DNA of 64,000 nt from Salinivirgaceae bacterium (GTDB lineage Bacteria; Bacteroidota; Bacteroidia; Bacteroidales; SZUA-534), in the NCBI GenBank assembly GCA_016284875.1, contig JAEEPS010000006.1, forward strand, positions 5,383 to 69,382. Direction: 5' to 3'. Shown piece after piece: positions 45,146-52,935 of the stretch. A model generated the notes under the pieces. That model was not told the origin of the DNA and made no database searches. It saw nothing but the letters and a program-made list of their open reading frames with translations. The position numbers were made by a program, and so were the translations under genes. Numbering within the stretch: position 1 is the stretch's first letter; each line of letters begins with the position of its first letter.

Positions 45146-45874
45146 TTATTTTGTGCCGACATAGATGGCGGCAATTCCCATCGACAAGGTTCGACAGCGA
45201 GCCGACGAATATCCGCATTTTTGCATTATTGATTGGAATTCGTCGTATTGCGGGAATGCCTTGACTGATTCGGGAAGATAGGTATATGCCACTTTGTTGC
45301 TTGACACTATCCGACCAATCAGCGGGAGCACACGGCGGAAATAGAAATTATAAAGTTGCTTGACAGGAAATTTGGTTGGCATCGTGAATTCAAGTATGAA
45401 GCAACTTCCACCAGGTTTCAGTACGCGCAGCATTTCGGTCAGACCTTTTTCAAGATTTTCGAAGTTACGCACCCCGAAGGCCACTGTGATGGCATCGAAA
45501 GTGTTGTCGGCGAAAGGCAGATTTTCAGCATCACCTTTCTGCACTTTGATAATGTCTGACAGATTGGCTTTCAGTACTTTCTGCCGACCAACATTCAGCA
45601 TTTCTTCCGACAGATCGATGCCGCAGACCGATTGCGGATGCGCTTTGCGGCTGACGACAATGGCAAGGTCGCAAGTGCCAGTGGCCACATCCAAAATTGC
45701 GGCGGGGCTGCATTTGCTCACCATGCGGGCCACTTTGCGTCGCCAAATCTTGTCGATGTTTAGCGATAGTGTATGGTTCAGCAGGTCGTATTTGGGCGCA
45801 ATGCTGTCAAACATGCTCTCCACCTGCACTTTTTTCGAGTCAGGGTTCGATTGGTCGGGGACAACCATGCTCAT
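45146..45874 (-). CDS. menG: Demethylmenaquinone methyltransferase (MenG/UbiE)
   Basis: 242 aa with FDSIAPKYDLLNHTLSLNIDKIWRR and the SAM motif ILDVATGTCDLA. Confidence 0.9.
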   Translation of the reverse strand: MSMVVPDQSNPDSKKVQVESMFDSIAPKYDLLNHTLSLNIDKIWRRKVARMVSKCSPAAILDVATGTCDLAIVVSRKAHPQSVCGIDLSEEMLNVGRQKVLKANLSDIIKVQKGDAENLPFADNTFDAITVAFGVRNFENLEKGLTEMLRVLKPGGSCFILEFTMPTKFPVKQLYNFYFRRVLPLIGRIVSSNKVAYTYLPESVKAFPQYDEFQSIMQKCGYSSARCRTLSMGIAAIYVGTK

Positions 45875-45877
45875 GCG

Positions 45878-46291
45878 TTATTTTGTTTTGTATACGTAGG
45901 TTTTGCGGCTTTTCAGGCGTCCCTTTTCGCTGTATTCCGACTTCTCGATACGCAGGTTGTCATCGTTATACTTGTATTCGATGCGTTCCTTCTTGCCATC
46001 GCTTTTAGTCTTCATCTCGCTGATTTTGTTGCCTTTGTCATCATAGGTATAGACATGCTTTTCCGATACTTTACCATCCTCGTATTCAATGGTTTCAATT
46101 TCGTTTCCAAAACTGTCGAACTTGCTTTCGCTCACTTTCTGCTTCTTTGAAGTGCCGTCTTTGTTGAATTCCTCTTCAAACACTTCAACCGACTCAACGT
46201 TGGCATGGCGTTTTTGAGCATGAAGTTGGTTGCAGCAACCGATTGTCAGGATGGCGGCAAAAGCCGCCGACATTAATAGTTTTGTGTTCAT
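45878..46291 (-). CDS. Hypothetical secreted protein with YD-like short repeats
   Basis: 137 aa with a signal peptide, Lys/Glu-rich, and repeated Y-x-YDDKGN / EYKYNDDN patterns. Confidence 0.5.
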   Translation of the reverse strand: MNTKLLMSAAFAAILTIGCCNQLHAQKRHANVESVEVFEEEFNKDGTSKKQKVSESKFDSFGNEIETIEYEDGKVSEKHVYTYDDKGNKISEMKTKSDGKKERIEYKYNDDNLRIEKSEYSEKGRLKSRKTYVYKTK

Positions 46292-46398
46292 TGCGGTTTG
46301 TTTTTAAATGCGCGTGAAGATAGTTCTTTTAGTTAATATCCAATCTCATGTTGTTATAAAACGCACTGATGATGATGTTTTATTACCGAAGCAGGCCC

Positions 46399-46435
46399 AA
46401 AAAAAAGCGGCTTTCGGGTTTCCTCCAAAAGTCGC
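46399..46435 (-). terminator. Intrinsic terminator on the minus strand, about 215 nt downstream of the mazG stop
   Basis: On the minus strand, stem GCGACTTT/AAAGCCGC (one G:U) with a 13-nt loop, followed by T8 (plus-strand A8 at 46399-46406). Confidence 0.7.
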
Positions 46436-46649
46436 GTTTTCTAAAGGGAAGCTGTATTGGTTATAATTTGAATGTTGTCTTGTTTCTTTAACGATTCAAA
46501 AATATAACCGATAATTCTCTCCGTTTTTGCAAATTCAAATATGGTCGCTGTCGATTAAAATTTGGTCAGCACCATTTAAAATTCGGTTTTAGCCGATGTC
46601 AGAATTGCCCGACACCTCCCTAGAACACTTGACATCTAATGACAACAGC

Positions 46650-47435
46650 CTATCCCACAACGGTTTTCGCCTCGTTCCAAAGCCTGTCCATCTCTTCAAG
46701 TGACGTGTCTTTGAGCGTTCCGCCGTTCTTTTGGATTTGCTCTTCAAGATAGTTGAAGCGGCCGATGAACTTCAAGTTGGTGCTCTCGAGCGCGTTCTCT
46801 GGATTGATTTTGTAGTGCCGCGCGGCGTTTACAAGACTGAAAAGTAGGTCACCGAATTCGGCTTTGGTGCTTTCCGAGTCGGGATTGGCCGTGAGTTCAG
46901 TTTTAAACTCCTGCAACTCTTCTTCAACCTTTGCCCATACTTGCTCGCGCTCTGGCCAGTCGAAACCGATGCTGTGGGTTTTGTCTTGGATGCGATAGGC
47001 CTTCACCAACGCTGGCAGCGATTTCGGCACGCCTGACAGCACACTTGGTTTGCGGCCTTTTTCCTTGAGTTTCAACTGTTCCCAGTTTTGCAGAACGGCT
47101 TCGGCCGAGTTGGCCTTCTCGTCGCCGAACACGTGCGGATGGCGGTATATCAGTTTCTGACACAGCGAGTTAATCACATCGGCAATATCGAATTTGCCTT
47201 GCTCCGAGCCCATCTTTGCATAAAAAACGATGTGCAGCAGCAGGTCGCCCAACTCTTTTTTCACTTCGTCCATATTGTTGGCCAGGATGGCTTCGGTCAG
47301 TTCGTACGATTCTTCGATGGTCTGCACTCGCAGCGATTCGAAAGTCTGTTTGCGGTCCCATGGGCATTTCTCGCGCAACTCGTCCATAATGTCGAGCAGT
47401 TGTCCAAAGGCTTCAAGTTGTTCTTTTCGTGACAT
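46650..47435 (-). CDS. mazG: Nucleoside triphosphate pyrophosphohydrolase MazG
   Basis: 261 aa with tandem MazG domains (EESYELTEAI, ELGDLLLHIVFYA; EFGDLLFSLVNAA). Confidence 0.9.
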   Translation of the reverse strand: MSRKEQLEAFGQLLDIMDELREKCPWDRKQTFESLRVQTIEESYELTEAILANNMDEVKKELGDLLLHIVFYAKMGSEQGKFDIADVINSLCQKLIYRHPHVFGDEKANSAEAVLQNWEQLKLKEKGRKPSVLSGVPKSLPALVKAYRIQDKTHSIGFDWPEREQVWAKVEEELQEFKTELTANPDSESTKAEFGDLLFSLVNAARHYKINPENALESTNLKFIGRFNYLEEQIQKNGGTLKDTSLEEMDRLWNEAKTVVG

Positions 47436-48212
47436 TTATAAAAATTTTACCAATACTGATGTGTTACATTCAATTTTTGCAAGGTCGGCCAGATAGGCGT
47501 CGCGGATGGCAATTTCGAGCAGCCCGAGCGAGTTGAACAGCGCCAGCAGGTCGCCCGTACGCACGCTGCTGTAGGTGCGGCTGATTTCGGTGATTTTGTA
47601 GGTATCGTTCTTCACCACAATCTCGAAACGGCGGCCACCGCGGATGCTTTCGAACATCTTCCGCGTGATGTTGGTGATGGCGTTTTTATAGGAATCAATG
47701 TAGATGACGCTGCCCGAGATGCTGTCGTCGGTGCACGATGGGCCGAGTTCCAGAATCGAGAATTCATCAGTGGCATCAATCCCGATGTCGTCAGGCGACG
47801 CGCCGTTGGCAATCATACAGGCTGCGGGCGCCAGAATGGTCAGTTCGGGGAACGTTGAGTTGGCAAACTTTTCGGGCGTCAGCACCACAACTTTTTCGGG
47901 CTGCTCGGCAAACATCACCTTCATCGCACTTGTGTCGCAGCCAATGAAATATTGTCCTTTGTAACTGATACACATTGGAATACGCTTGTCGGACACTTCG
48001 CTGTTGGTGCAAATCAAGTGGATGGTACCTGGCGGGAAGTGCGGGAACGTGCCACGCAGAATGAACGCCGCGTGCGCCGATTTGTAACTCTCAATCTTGT
48101 GCGTAATGTCGACAATGGTGGCTCCCGGGCACTGCGACAGAATCCTGCCCTTCATTGCCCCGACGTAGAAGTCATCGTTGTGCCAGTCGGTCGTGAGAGT
48201 TATTACCGCCAT
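47436..48212 (-). CDS. SAM hydrolase / SAM-dependent halogenase family protein (DUF62, SAM hydroxide adenosyltransferase-like)
   Basis: ITLTTDWHNDDFYVGAMKGRIL N-terminus. The ATG at 48212 is preferred over 48266. Its stop abuts the mazG start. Confidence 0.8.
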   Translation of the reverse strand: MAVITLTTDWHNDDFYVGAMKGRILSQCPGATIVDITHKIESYKSAHAAFILRGTFPHFPPGTIHLICTNSEVSDKRIPMCISYKGQYFIGCDTSAMKVMFAEQPEKVVVLTPEKFANSTFPELTILAPAACMIANGASPDDIGIDATDEFSILELGPSCTDDSISGSVIYIDSYKNAITNITRKMFESIRGGRRFEIVVKNDTYKITEISRTYSSVRTGDLLALFNSLGLLEIAIRDAYLADLAKIECNTSVLVKFL

Positions 48213-48228
48213 CGATTTTTGCTTTCGG

Positions 48229-48236
48229 CAAATGTA
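48229..48236 (-). promoter_or_regulatory. Candidate -7 box (TAcaTTTG on minus strand)
   Basis: Plus-strand CAAATGTA, 17 nt upstream of the start at 48212. Confidence 0.45.
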
Positions 48237-48312
48237 ATTAAAACGTTGAACTGATGAATCGCTCAAATCCGAAGTCTGTCGTCTTTTCTGTTCACCGATT
48301 AACCAATTTGAC

Positions 48313-48320
48313 TACATTTG
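48313..48320 (+). promoter_or_regulatory. Candidate -7 box (TAcaTTTG)
   Basis: Exact match 19 nt upstream of the ATG at 48339. Confidence 0.5.
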
Positions 48321-48338
48321 CCCAATCAATGACTGATT

Positions 48339-49277
48339 ATGGCAGAAAAAATTTTGCATCTCGAAACGGTTGAGCCACTGGACCTTTACGGCGCCAAGTG
48401 CTCGCGACTCGACATTCTTAAACGCGCTTTCCCGAAGATTCAGATTGTGGCGCGCGGCCACGATGTGAAGGTTCTGGGTGATGAGCAGCAGATTGCCGAT
48501 TTTGAGGACAAATTCCGTCAGGTTGTGCATTTCCTGGACACTTTCAACCGCCTTTCCGACGACGATTTGGTGCAGATTCTGAACAATCAGCAGCAACACC
48601 AGAGCGATGTGCCCGACGACCTGATTGTCTTTGGCAACAACGGTCGTGCCATCCGTGCCCGCAGCGCCAACCAGCAGCGAATGGTGGATGCTGTGGCGCA
48701 GAGCGATATGCTTTTTGCGCTGGGCCCTGCCGGTTCTGGTAAGACGTACACCGCCATTGCATTGGCTGTTAGGGCGTTACGTAACCGCGAGGTGCGCCGC
48801 ATTGTTTTGAGCCGCCCTGCCGTTGAGGCTGGCGAGCGTCTGGGATTTCTGCCTGGCGACCTGAAAGAGAAAATCGACCCGTATCTGCAACCACTCTACG
48901 ATGCGCTCAACGATATGATTCCAGCAAAAAAACTCGAGTCGCACCTTGAGGAGGGCGTGATTCAGATTGCGCCATTGGCATTTATGCGCGGCCGCACGCT
49001 CGACAACGCCTTTGTCATACTTGACGAGGCGCAGAACACCACGCTTCCGCAGATGAAGATGTTCCTGACGCGTATGGGTATGAATTCGAAATTCATTATC
49101 ACGGGCGACGTCACGCAAATCGACCTTCCACGCACGCAGGACAGCGGTTTGGTGCAGGCCGTCCGTCTGCTGAAAAAGATTGACGACATCAGCATTGTCG
49201 AACTCGACGAGAGCGACATCGTGCGCCATCGTCTTGTAAAAGAGATTGTTAAAGCCTTCGACAAAGCGAAGGATTGA
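48339..49277 (+). CDS. phoH: PhoH-family ATPase
   Basis: 312 aa with Walker A GPAGSGKTY and an ILDEAQN Walker B region. Confidence 0.9.
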   Translation: MAEKILHLETVEPLDLYGAKCSRLDILKRAFPKIQIVARGHDVKVLGDEQQIADFEDKFRQVVHFLDTFNRLSDDDLVQILNNQQQHQSDVPDDLIVFGNNGRAIRARSANQQRMVDAVAQSDMLFALGPAGSGKTYTAIALAVRALRNREVRRIVLSRPAVEAGERLGFLPGDLKEKIDPYLQPLYDALNDMIPAKKLESHLEEGVIQIAPLAFMRGRTLDNAFVILDEAQNTTLPQMKMFLTRMGMNSKFIITGDVTQIDLPRTQDSGLVQAVRLLKKIDDISIVELDESDIVRHRLVKEIVKAFDKAKD

Positions 49278-49409
49278 TTAATTGAATAACTGATTAACAG
49301 ATTGATGGAATGAACGATTCGCCGATTATACGATTCAATAGTTAAACTGCGAAGCGTTTCAACTTTAAACATAAAATTCTGAATTCTAAAATCTTAATTC
49401 AAAATTAAT

Positions 49410-50366
49410 ATGAACACAGTATCAAAGACAAACTTCAAATTCAGTGGTCAGAAGGGTGTGTACAACGGCAAGGTGCGCGATGTGTACAACATCAACGACC
49501 AGTATCTGGCAATGGTAGTGAGCGACCGTATTTCGGCTTTCGACGTTATTCTGCCAAAGGGAATTCCTTACAAAGGGCAGGTTCTGAACCAGATAGCATC
49601 GTATTTCCTTGACGCTACGGCCGACATTGTTCCAAACTGGAAAGTTGCCAGCCCCGATCCGAACGTCACCATCGGCCACAAATGCGAGCCTTTTGCTGTT
49701 GAAATGGTTGTCCGCGGCTACCTGACTGGCAGTTCGTGGCGTCTGTACCGCGACGGCGGACGCGAGATTTGCGGAGTGAAACTGCCCGAAGGCCTGCGCG
49801 AGCATCAACGTTTCGACCATCCAATCATCACCCCGACAACCAAGGCCGACATTGGCACGCACGACGAGAACATCTCACGCGAGGAGATTATCCGCACAGG
49901 TCTGGTTTCGGCTGAAGACTACGCCCAACTTGAGAAGTACACGCTGGCTCTGTTCCAACGTGGCACCGAGATGGCCAAGAAGATGGGCTTGATTTTGGTC
50001 GACACCAAGTACGAGTTCGGTAAGAAGGACGGCAAAATTTACCTGATTGACGAGATTCACACACCCGATTCGTCTCGTTACTTCTACGCCGACGGCTACG
50101 AAGAGCGTTTTGCCAAAGGCGAGGCACAGAAACAACTCTCAAAAGAGTTTGTGCGTGAGTGGCTTATGGCCAACGGATTCCAAGGTCGCGCCGGCGAGAA
50201 AGTGCCCGAGATGACACCCGAAATCATCAGCCAGATATCGAATCGCTACATCGAACTCTACGAGCACATTGTAGGCAGCAAATTCGTTCCTGGTGATGTA
50301 ACCGACGTGCAGAATCGTATCTTCAACAATGTTGAGAACTATATTAAGGCTAATCTGCTGAAATAG
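49410..50366 (+). CDS. purC: Phosphoribosylaminoimidazole-succinocarboxamide (SAICAR) synthase
   Basis: 318 aa with [15 protein letters not shown] and [11 protein letters not shown] blocks. Confidence 0.9.
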   Translation: MNTVSKTNFKFSGQKGVYNGKVRDVYNINDQYLAMVVSDRISAFDVILPKGIPYKGQVLNQIASYFLDATADIVPNWKVASPDPNVTIGHKCEPFAVEMVVRGYLTGSSWRLYRDGGREICGVKLPEGLREHQRFDHPIITPTTKADIGTHDENISREEIIRTGLVSAEDYAQLEKYTLALFQRGTEMAKKMGLILVDTKYEFGKKDGKIYLIDEIHTPDSSRYFYADGYEERFAKGEAQKQLSKEFVREWLMANGFQGRAGEKVPEMTPEIISQISNRYIELYEHIVGSKFVPGDVTDVQNRIFNNVENYIKANLLK

Positions 50367-50378
50367 GACATCAAAAGC

Positions 50379-50410
50379 AAAGCCGGCTCAAACGAGTCGG
50401 TTTTGTTTTT
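50379..50410 (+). terminator. Intrinsic terminator after purC
   Basis: Stem CCGGCTC/GAGTCGG (one G:U) with loop AAAC, then TTTTGTTTTTT. Confidence 0.75.
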
Positions 50411-50427
50411 TGTTTTCTGAAAAATTC

Positions 50428-50435
50428 TATTTTTG
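50428..50435 (+). promoter_or_regulatory. Candidate -7 box (TAttTTTG) for tRNA-Gly
   Basis: Exact match ending 12 nt before the tRNA 5' end. Confidence 0.55.
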
Positions 50436-50446
50436 CCGACACAAAC

Positions 50447-50519
50447 GCGGGCATAGCTCAGTTGGTAGAGCATCAGCTTCCCAAGCTGAGGGTCGCGAGT
50501 TCGAGTCTCGTTACCCGCT
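50447..50519 (+). tRNA. tRNA-Gly (anticodon CCC)
   Basis: The cloverleaf was folded by hand and is close to the remembered E. coli tRNA-Gly sequence. The anticodon loop is TTCCCAA, with CCC at 50480-50482. The T-arm is GCGAG-TTCGAGT-CTCGT and the discriminator is T. No CCA is encoded. Confidence 0.9.
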
Positions 50520-50525
50520 CAAAAG

Positions 50526-50551
50526 GCACTTGCAAGGCAGGTGCTTTTTTT
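50526..50551 (+). terminator. Intrinsic terminator after tRNA-Gly
   Basis: Stem GCACTTGC/GCAGGTGC (one G:U) with loop AAG, followed by a T7 run. Confidence 0.7.
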
Positions 50552-50599
50552 ATGTCCGGCCAACGTGAATAGCTATTCGTCATTTTTCGCGATTTCGTT

Positions 50600-50607
50600 T
50601 ATCTTTG
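50600..50607 (+). promoter_or_regulatory. Candidate -7 box (TAtcTTTG)
   Basis: Exact match 21 nt upstream of the ATG at 50628. Confidence 0.5.
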
Positions 50608-50627
50608 CCCGCTATCAGAAAAAAGCA

Positions 50628-51758
50628 ATGCAGTTCAGTTTAACAGCCACCGACAGCAAATCAGCCGCCCGCGCGGGGCAGATTCTGACCGACCACGGCA
50701 CCATTCAGACACCGATTTTTATGCCTGTTGGCACGGTGGGCTCGGTCAAAGGAATTCACCAGCGCGATGTGGCCGACGACATTTGTGCGCAGATAATCCT
50801 AGGCAACACCTATCATCTTTATCTGCGTCCCGGAACGGCACTGCTGCGCGAGGCTGGCGGTCTGCACCGCTTTATGAACTGGAACCGCCCCATACTCACC
50901 GACAGCGGCGGCTATCAGGTTTTCAGCCTTTCGGCGAACCGAAAACTCACCGAGGAAGGCGCGCGATTCAATTCGCATATCGATGGCTCGAAGCATTTGT
51001 TTACGCCCGAGAATGTAATTGACATACAGCGTATTATCGGTTCCGATATTATGATGGCGCTCGACGAGTGCCCGCCGGGCGACTGCGACTTCAACTACGC
51101 AAAAAAATCGCTCGACCTGACAATGCGCTGGCTGCGCCGGGGCGTTGAGGCGTTCCGCAACACCGAGCCGCTCTATGGCCACAGCCAAGCCTATTTCCCG
51201 ATTGTGCAGGGCGCTTCGTTCACCGATTTGCGCCAGCGTGCGGCCACCGAGATTGCCGAGTTGGGAATGGACGGCAACGCCATTGGCGGACTGGCCGTAG
51301 GCGAGCCAACCGAGGTGATGTACCAGATGATTGAGGTTGTGAACGCCATTCTGCCCGCCGACAAGCCCCGTTACTTGATGGGCGTAGGCACACCGGCAAA
51401 TATTCTCGAGGGCATCAGCCGCGGAGTGGACATGTTCGACTGCGTGATGCCAACCCGCAACGGCCGCAACGGAATGCTCTTCACAAGCGAGGGTATCATC
51501 AATATAAAAAATAAGAAGTGGGAGAACGAGTTTTCGCCCATCGATCCCAACGGCACGTCGTTTGTCGATTCAAGTTACACGCTGGCCTATCTGCACCATC
51601 TGTTTGTGGCTCAGGAGATGTTGGGAATGTCCATCGCCAGTATGCACAATCTGGCGTTCTACCTTTGGCTTGTTGGTGAGGCTCGCAAGCACATTGTTGA
51701 GGGCAATTTTGCGGAGTGGAAAAACGTTATGGTTCAGAAAGTCACAAATCGATTGTAG
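50628..51758 (+). CDS. tgt: tRNA-guanine transglycosylase (queuine tRNA-ribosyltransferase)
   Basis: TDHGTIQTPIFMPVGT, LGNTYHL and DSGGYQ blocks, plus zinc-site residues near the C-terminus. The ATG at 50628 is preferred over the ORF opening at 50541. Confidence 0.9.
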   Translation: MQFSLTATDSKSAARAGQILTDHGTIQTPIFMPVGTVGSVKGIHQRDVADDICAQIILGNTYHLYLRPGTALLREAGGLHRFMNWNRPILTDSGGYQVFSLSANRKLTEEGARFNSHIDGSKHLFTPENVIDIQRIIGSDIMMALDECPPGDCDFNYAKKSLDLTMRWLRRGVEAFRNTEPLYGHSQAYFPIVQGASFTDLRQRAATEIAELGMDGNAIGGLAVGEPTEVMYQMIEVVNAILPADKPRYLMGVGTPANILEGISRGVDMFDCVMPTRNGRNGMLFTSEGIINIKNKKWENEFSPIDPNGTSFVDSSYTLAYLHHLFVAQEMLGMSIASMHNLAFYLWLVGEARKHIVEGNFAEWKNVMVQKVTNRL

Positions 51759-51761
51759 GCT

Positions 51762-52850
51762 ATGAGCAACTATATGAAGAAATTGGACCGTTTCATCATC
51801 CGTAGATTTCTGGGGACGTTCGCCTTTTCGCTCATCCTGATTCTGCTCATTGTGGTCATCTTCGATATTTCGGAAAAAATCGACGATTTCCTAACCAAGC
51901 AGGCTCCAATGAAGGCCATTATCTTTGAATATTATGTGAATTTCATTCCATATTTCGCCAATCTTTTCTCAGCCATGTTCATTTTCATTGCGGTGATTTT
52001 CTTCACATCGAAGATGGCTGGAAACTCCGAGATAATCGCCATCCTGAGTAGTGGTGTGAGTTACAGGCGTTTCCTATTCCCTTATTTTGTGTCGGCGCTG
52101 ATATTGGCTGTTTTTTCTTACTTACTGATTAACTGGGTGATACCACCAGCCAACGAGAAACGGCTTGCCTTTGAGGAAAAATATATCCGTAACCGATTTG
52201 TTAACCGCGAGCAGGACATACATCGGCAGATTCTGCCTGGTCAGTTCATCTATATGAGTAGTTACAATACCAACTACGACATTGGCTACAAATTTGCGCT
52301 TGAGCAGATTGAAGGAGGAAAACTGAAATCGAAAACCATTTCGGAATATGTGCAGTGGGACACCACCAAAAACAAGTGGGAGATGAGCAACTGTTACATT
52401 CGCACGTTTATTGACAGTACAGAGGATGTGAAATATTATCGCCGGCTTGATACCACGCTCAATATGCTGCCGTCGGATTTTGCTCGTCGCGACAATGTTG
52501 TTGAGGCCATGAACTATCAGGAACTCAACGAATTTATCGAATCGGAGACTCGCAAAGGATCGGACAATGTGGTGCTTTGGAAAATAGAGAAGCACAAGCG
52601 TTTCGCCTATTCGTTCTCAACTTTTATTCTGACATTGATTGGCGTTACACTCTCGTCGAGAAAAAAACGAGGTGGCATCGGACTCAATATCGGATTAGGT
52701 ATATTGTTGGCTTTCACATATATAATGTTTATGGAGGTGTCGAATGTGCTGGCTACTAACGCTCACATGCCACCGCTGATTGCTGTGTGGATTCCGAATT
52801 TGATTTTCGGTGTGATAGGCATTATTTTGTACAGTCAGGCAAAAAAATGA
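51762..52850 (+). CDS. LptF/LptG-family (YjgP/YjgQ) permease
   Basis: 362 aa with a LDRFIIRRFLGTFAFSL N-terminus and 6 TM helices around a central periplasmic domain. Confidence 0.85.
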   Translation: MSNYMKKLDRFIIRRFLGTFAFSLILILLIVVIFDISEKIDDFLTKQAPMKAIIFEYYVNFIPYFANLFSAMFIFIAVIFFTSKMAGNSEIIAILSSGVSYRRFLFPYFVSALILAVFSYLLINWVIPPANEKRLAFEEKYIRNRFVNREQDIHRQILPGQFIYMSSYNTNYDIGYKFALEQIEGGKLKSKTISEYVQWDTTKNKWEMSNCYIRTFIDSTEDVKYYRRLDTTLNMLPSDFARRDNVVEAMNYQELNEFIESETRKGSDNVVLWKIEKHKRFAYSFSTFILTLIGVTLSSRKKRGGIGLNIGLGILLAFTYIMFMEVSNVLATNAHMPPLIAVWIPNLIFGVIGIILYSQAKK

Positions 52851-52935
52851 GACAAAAGATAATAGGTTATGTCAAGTTTTTTTACATTCGCTTTTGGCGA
52901 AAGCCTCAAATTTGAAGAAATACAAAACTATATAA

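Noticed and set aside
46650-49277. MazG + SAM hydrolase-family + PhoH as a prophage or phage-derived module (all three families are common phage auxiliary genes)
   Set aside because: There are no structural, integrase or lysis genes and no att-like repeats. Composition matches the flanks, and the DUF62-type protein is the cellular SAM hydroxide adenosyltransferase family, not the T3-type SAMase. This looks like ordinary chromosomal housekeeping context.
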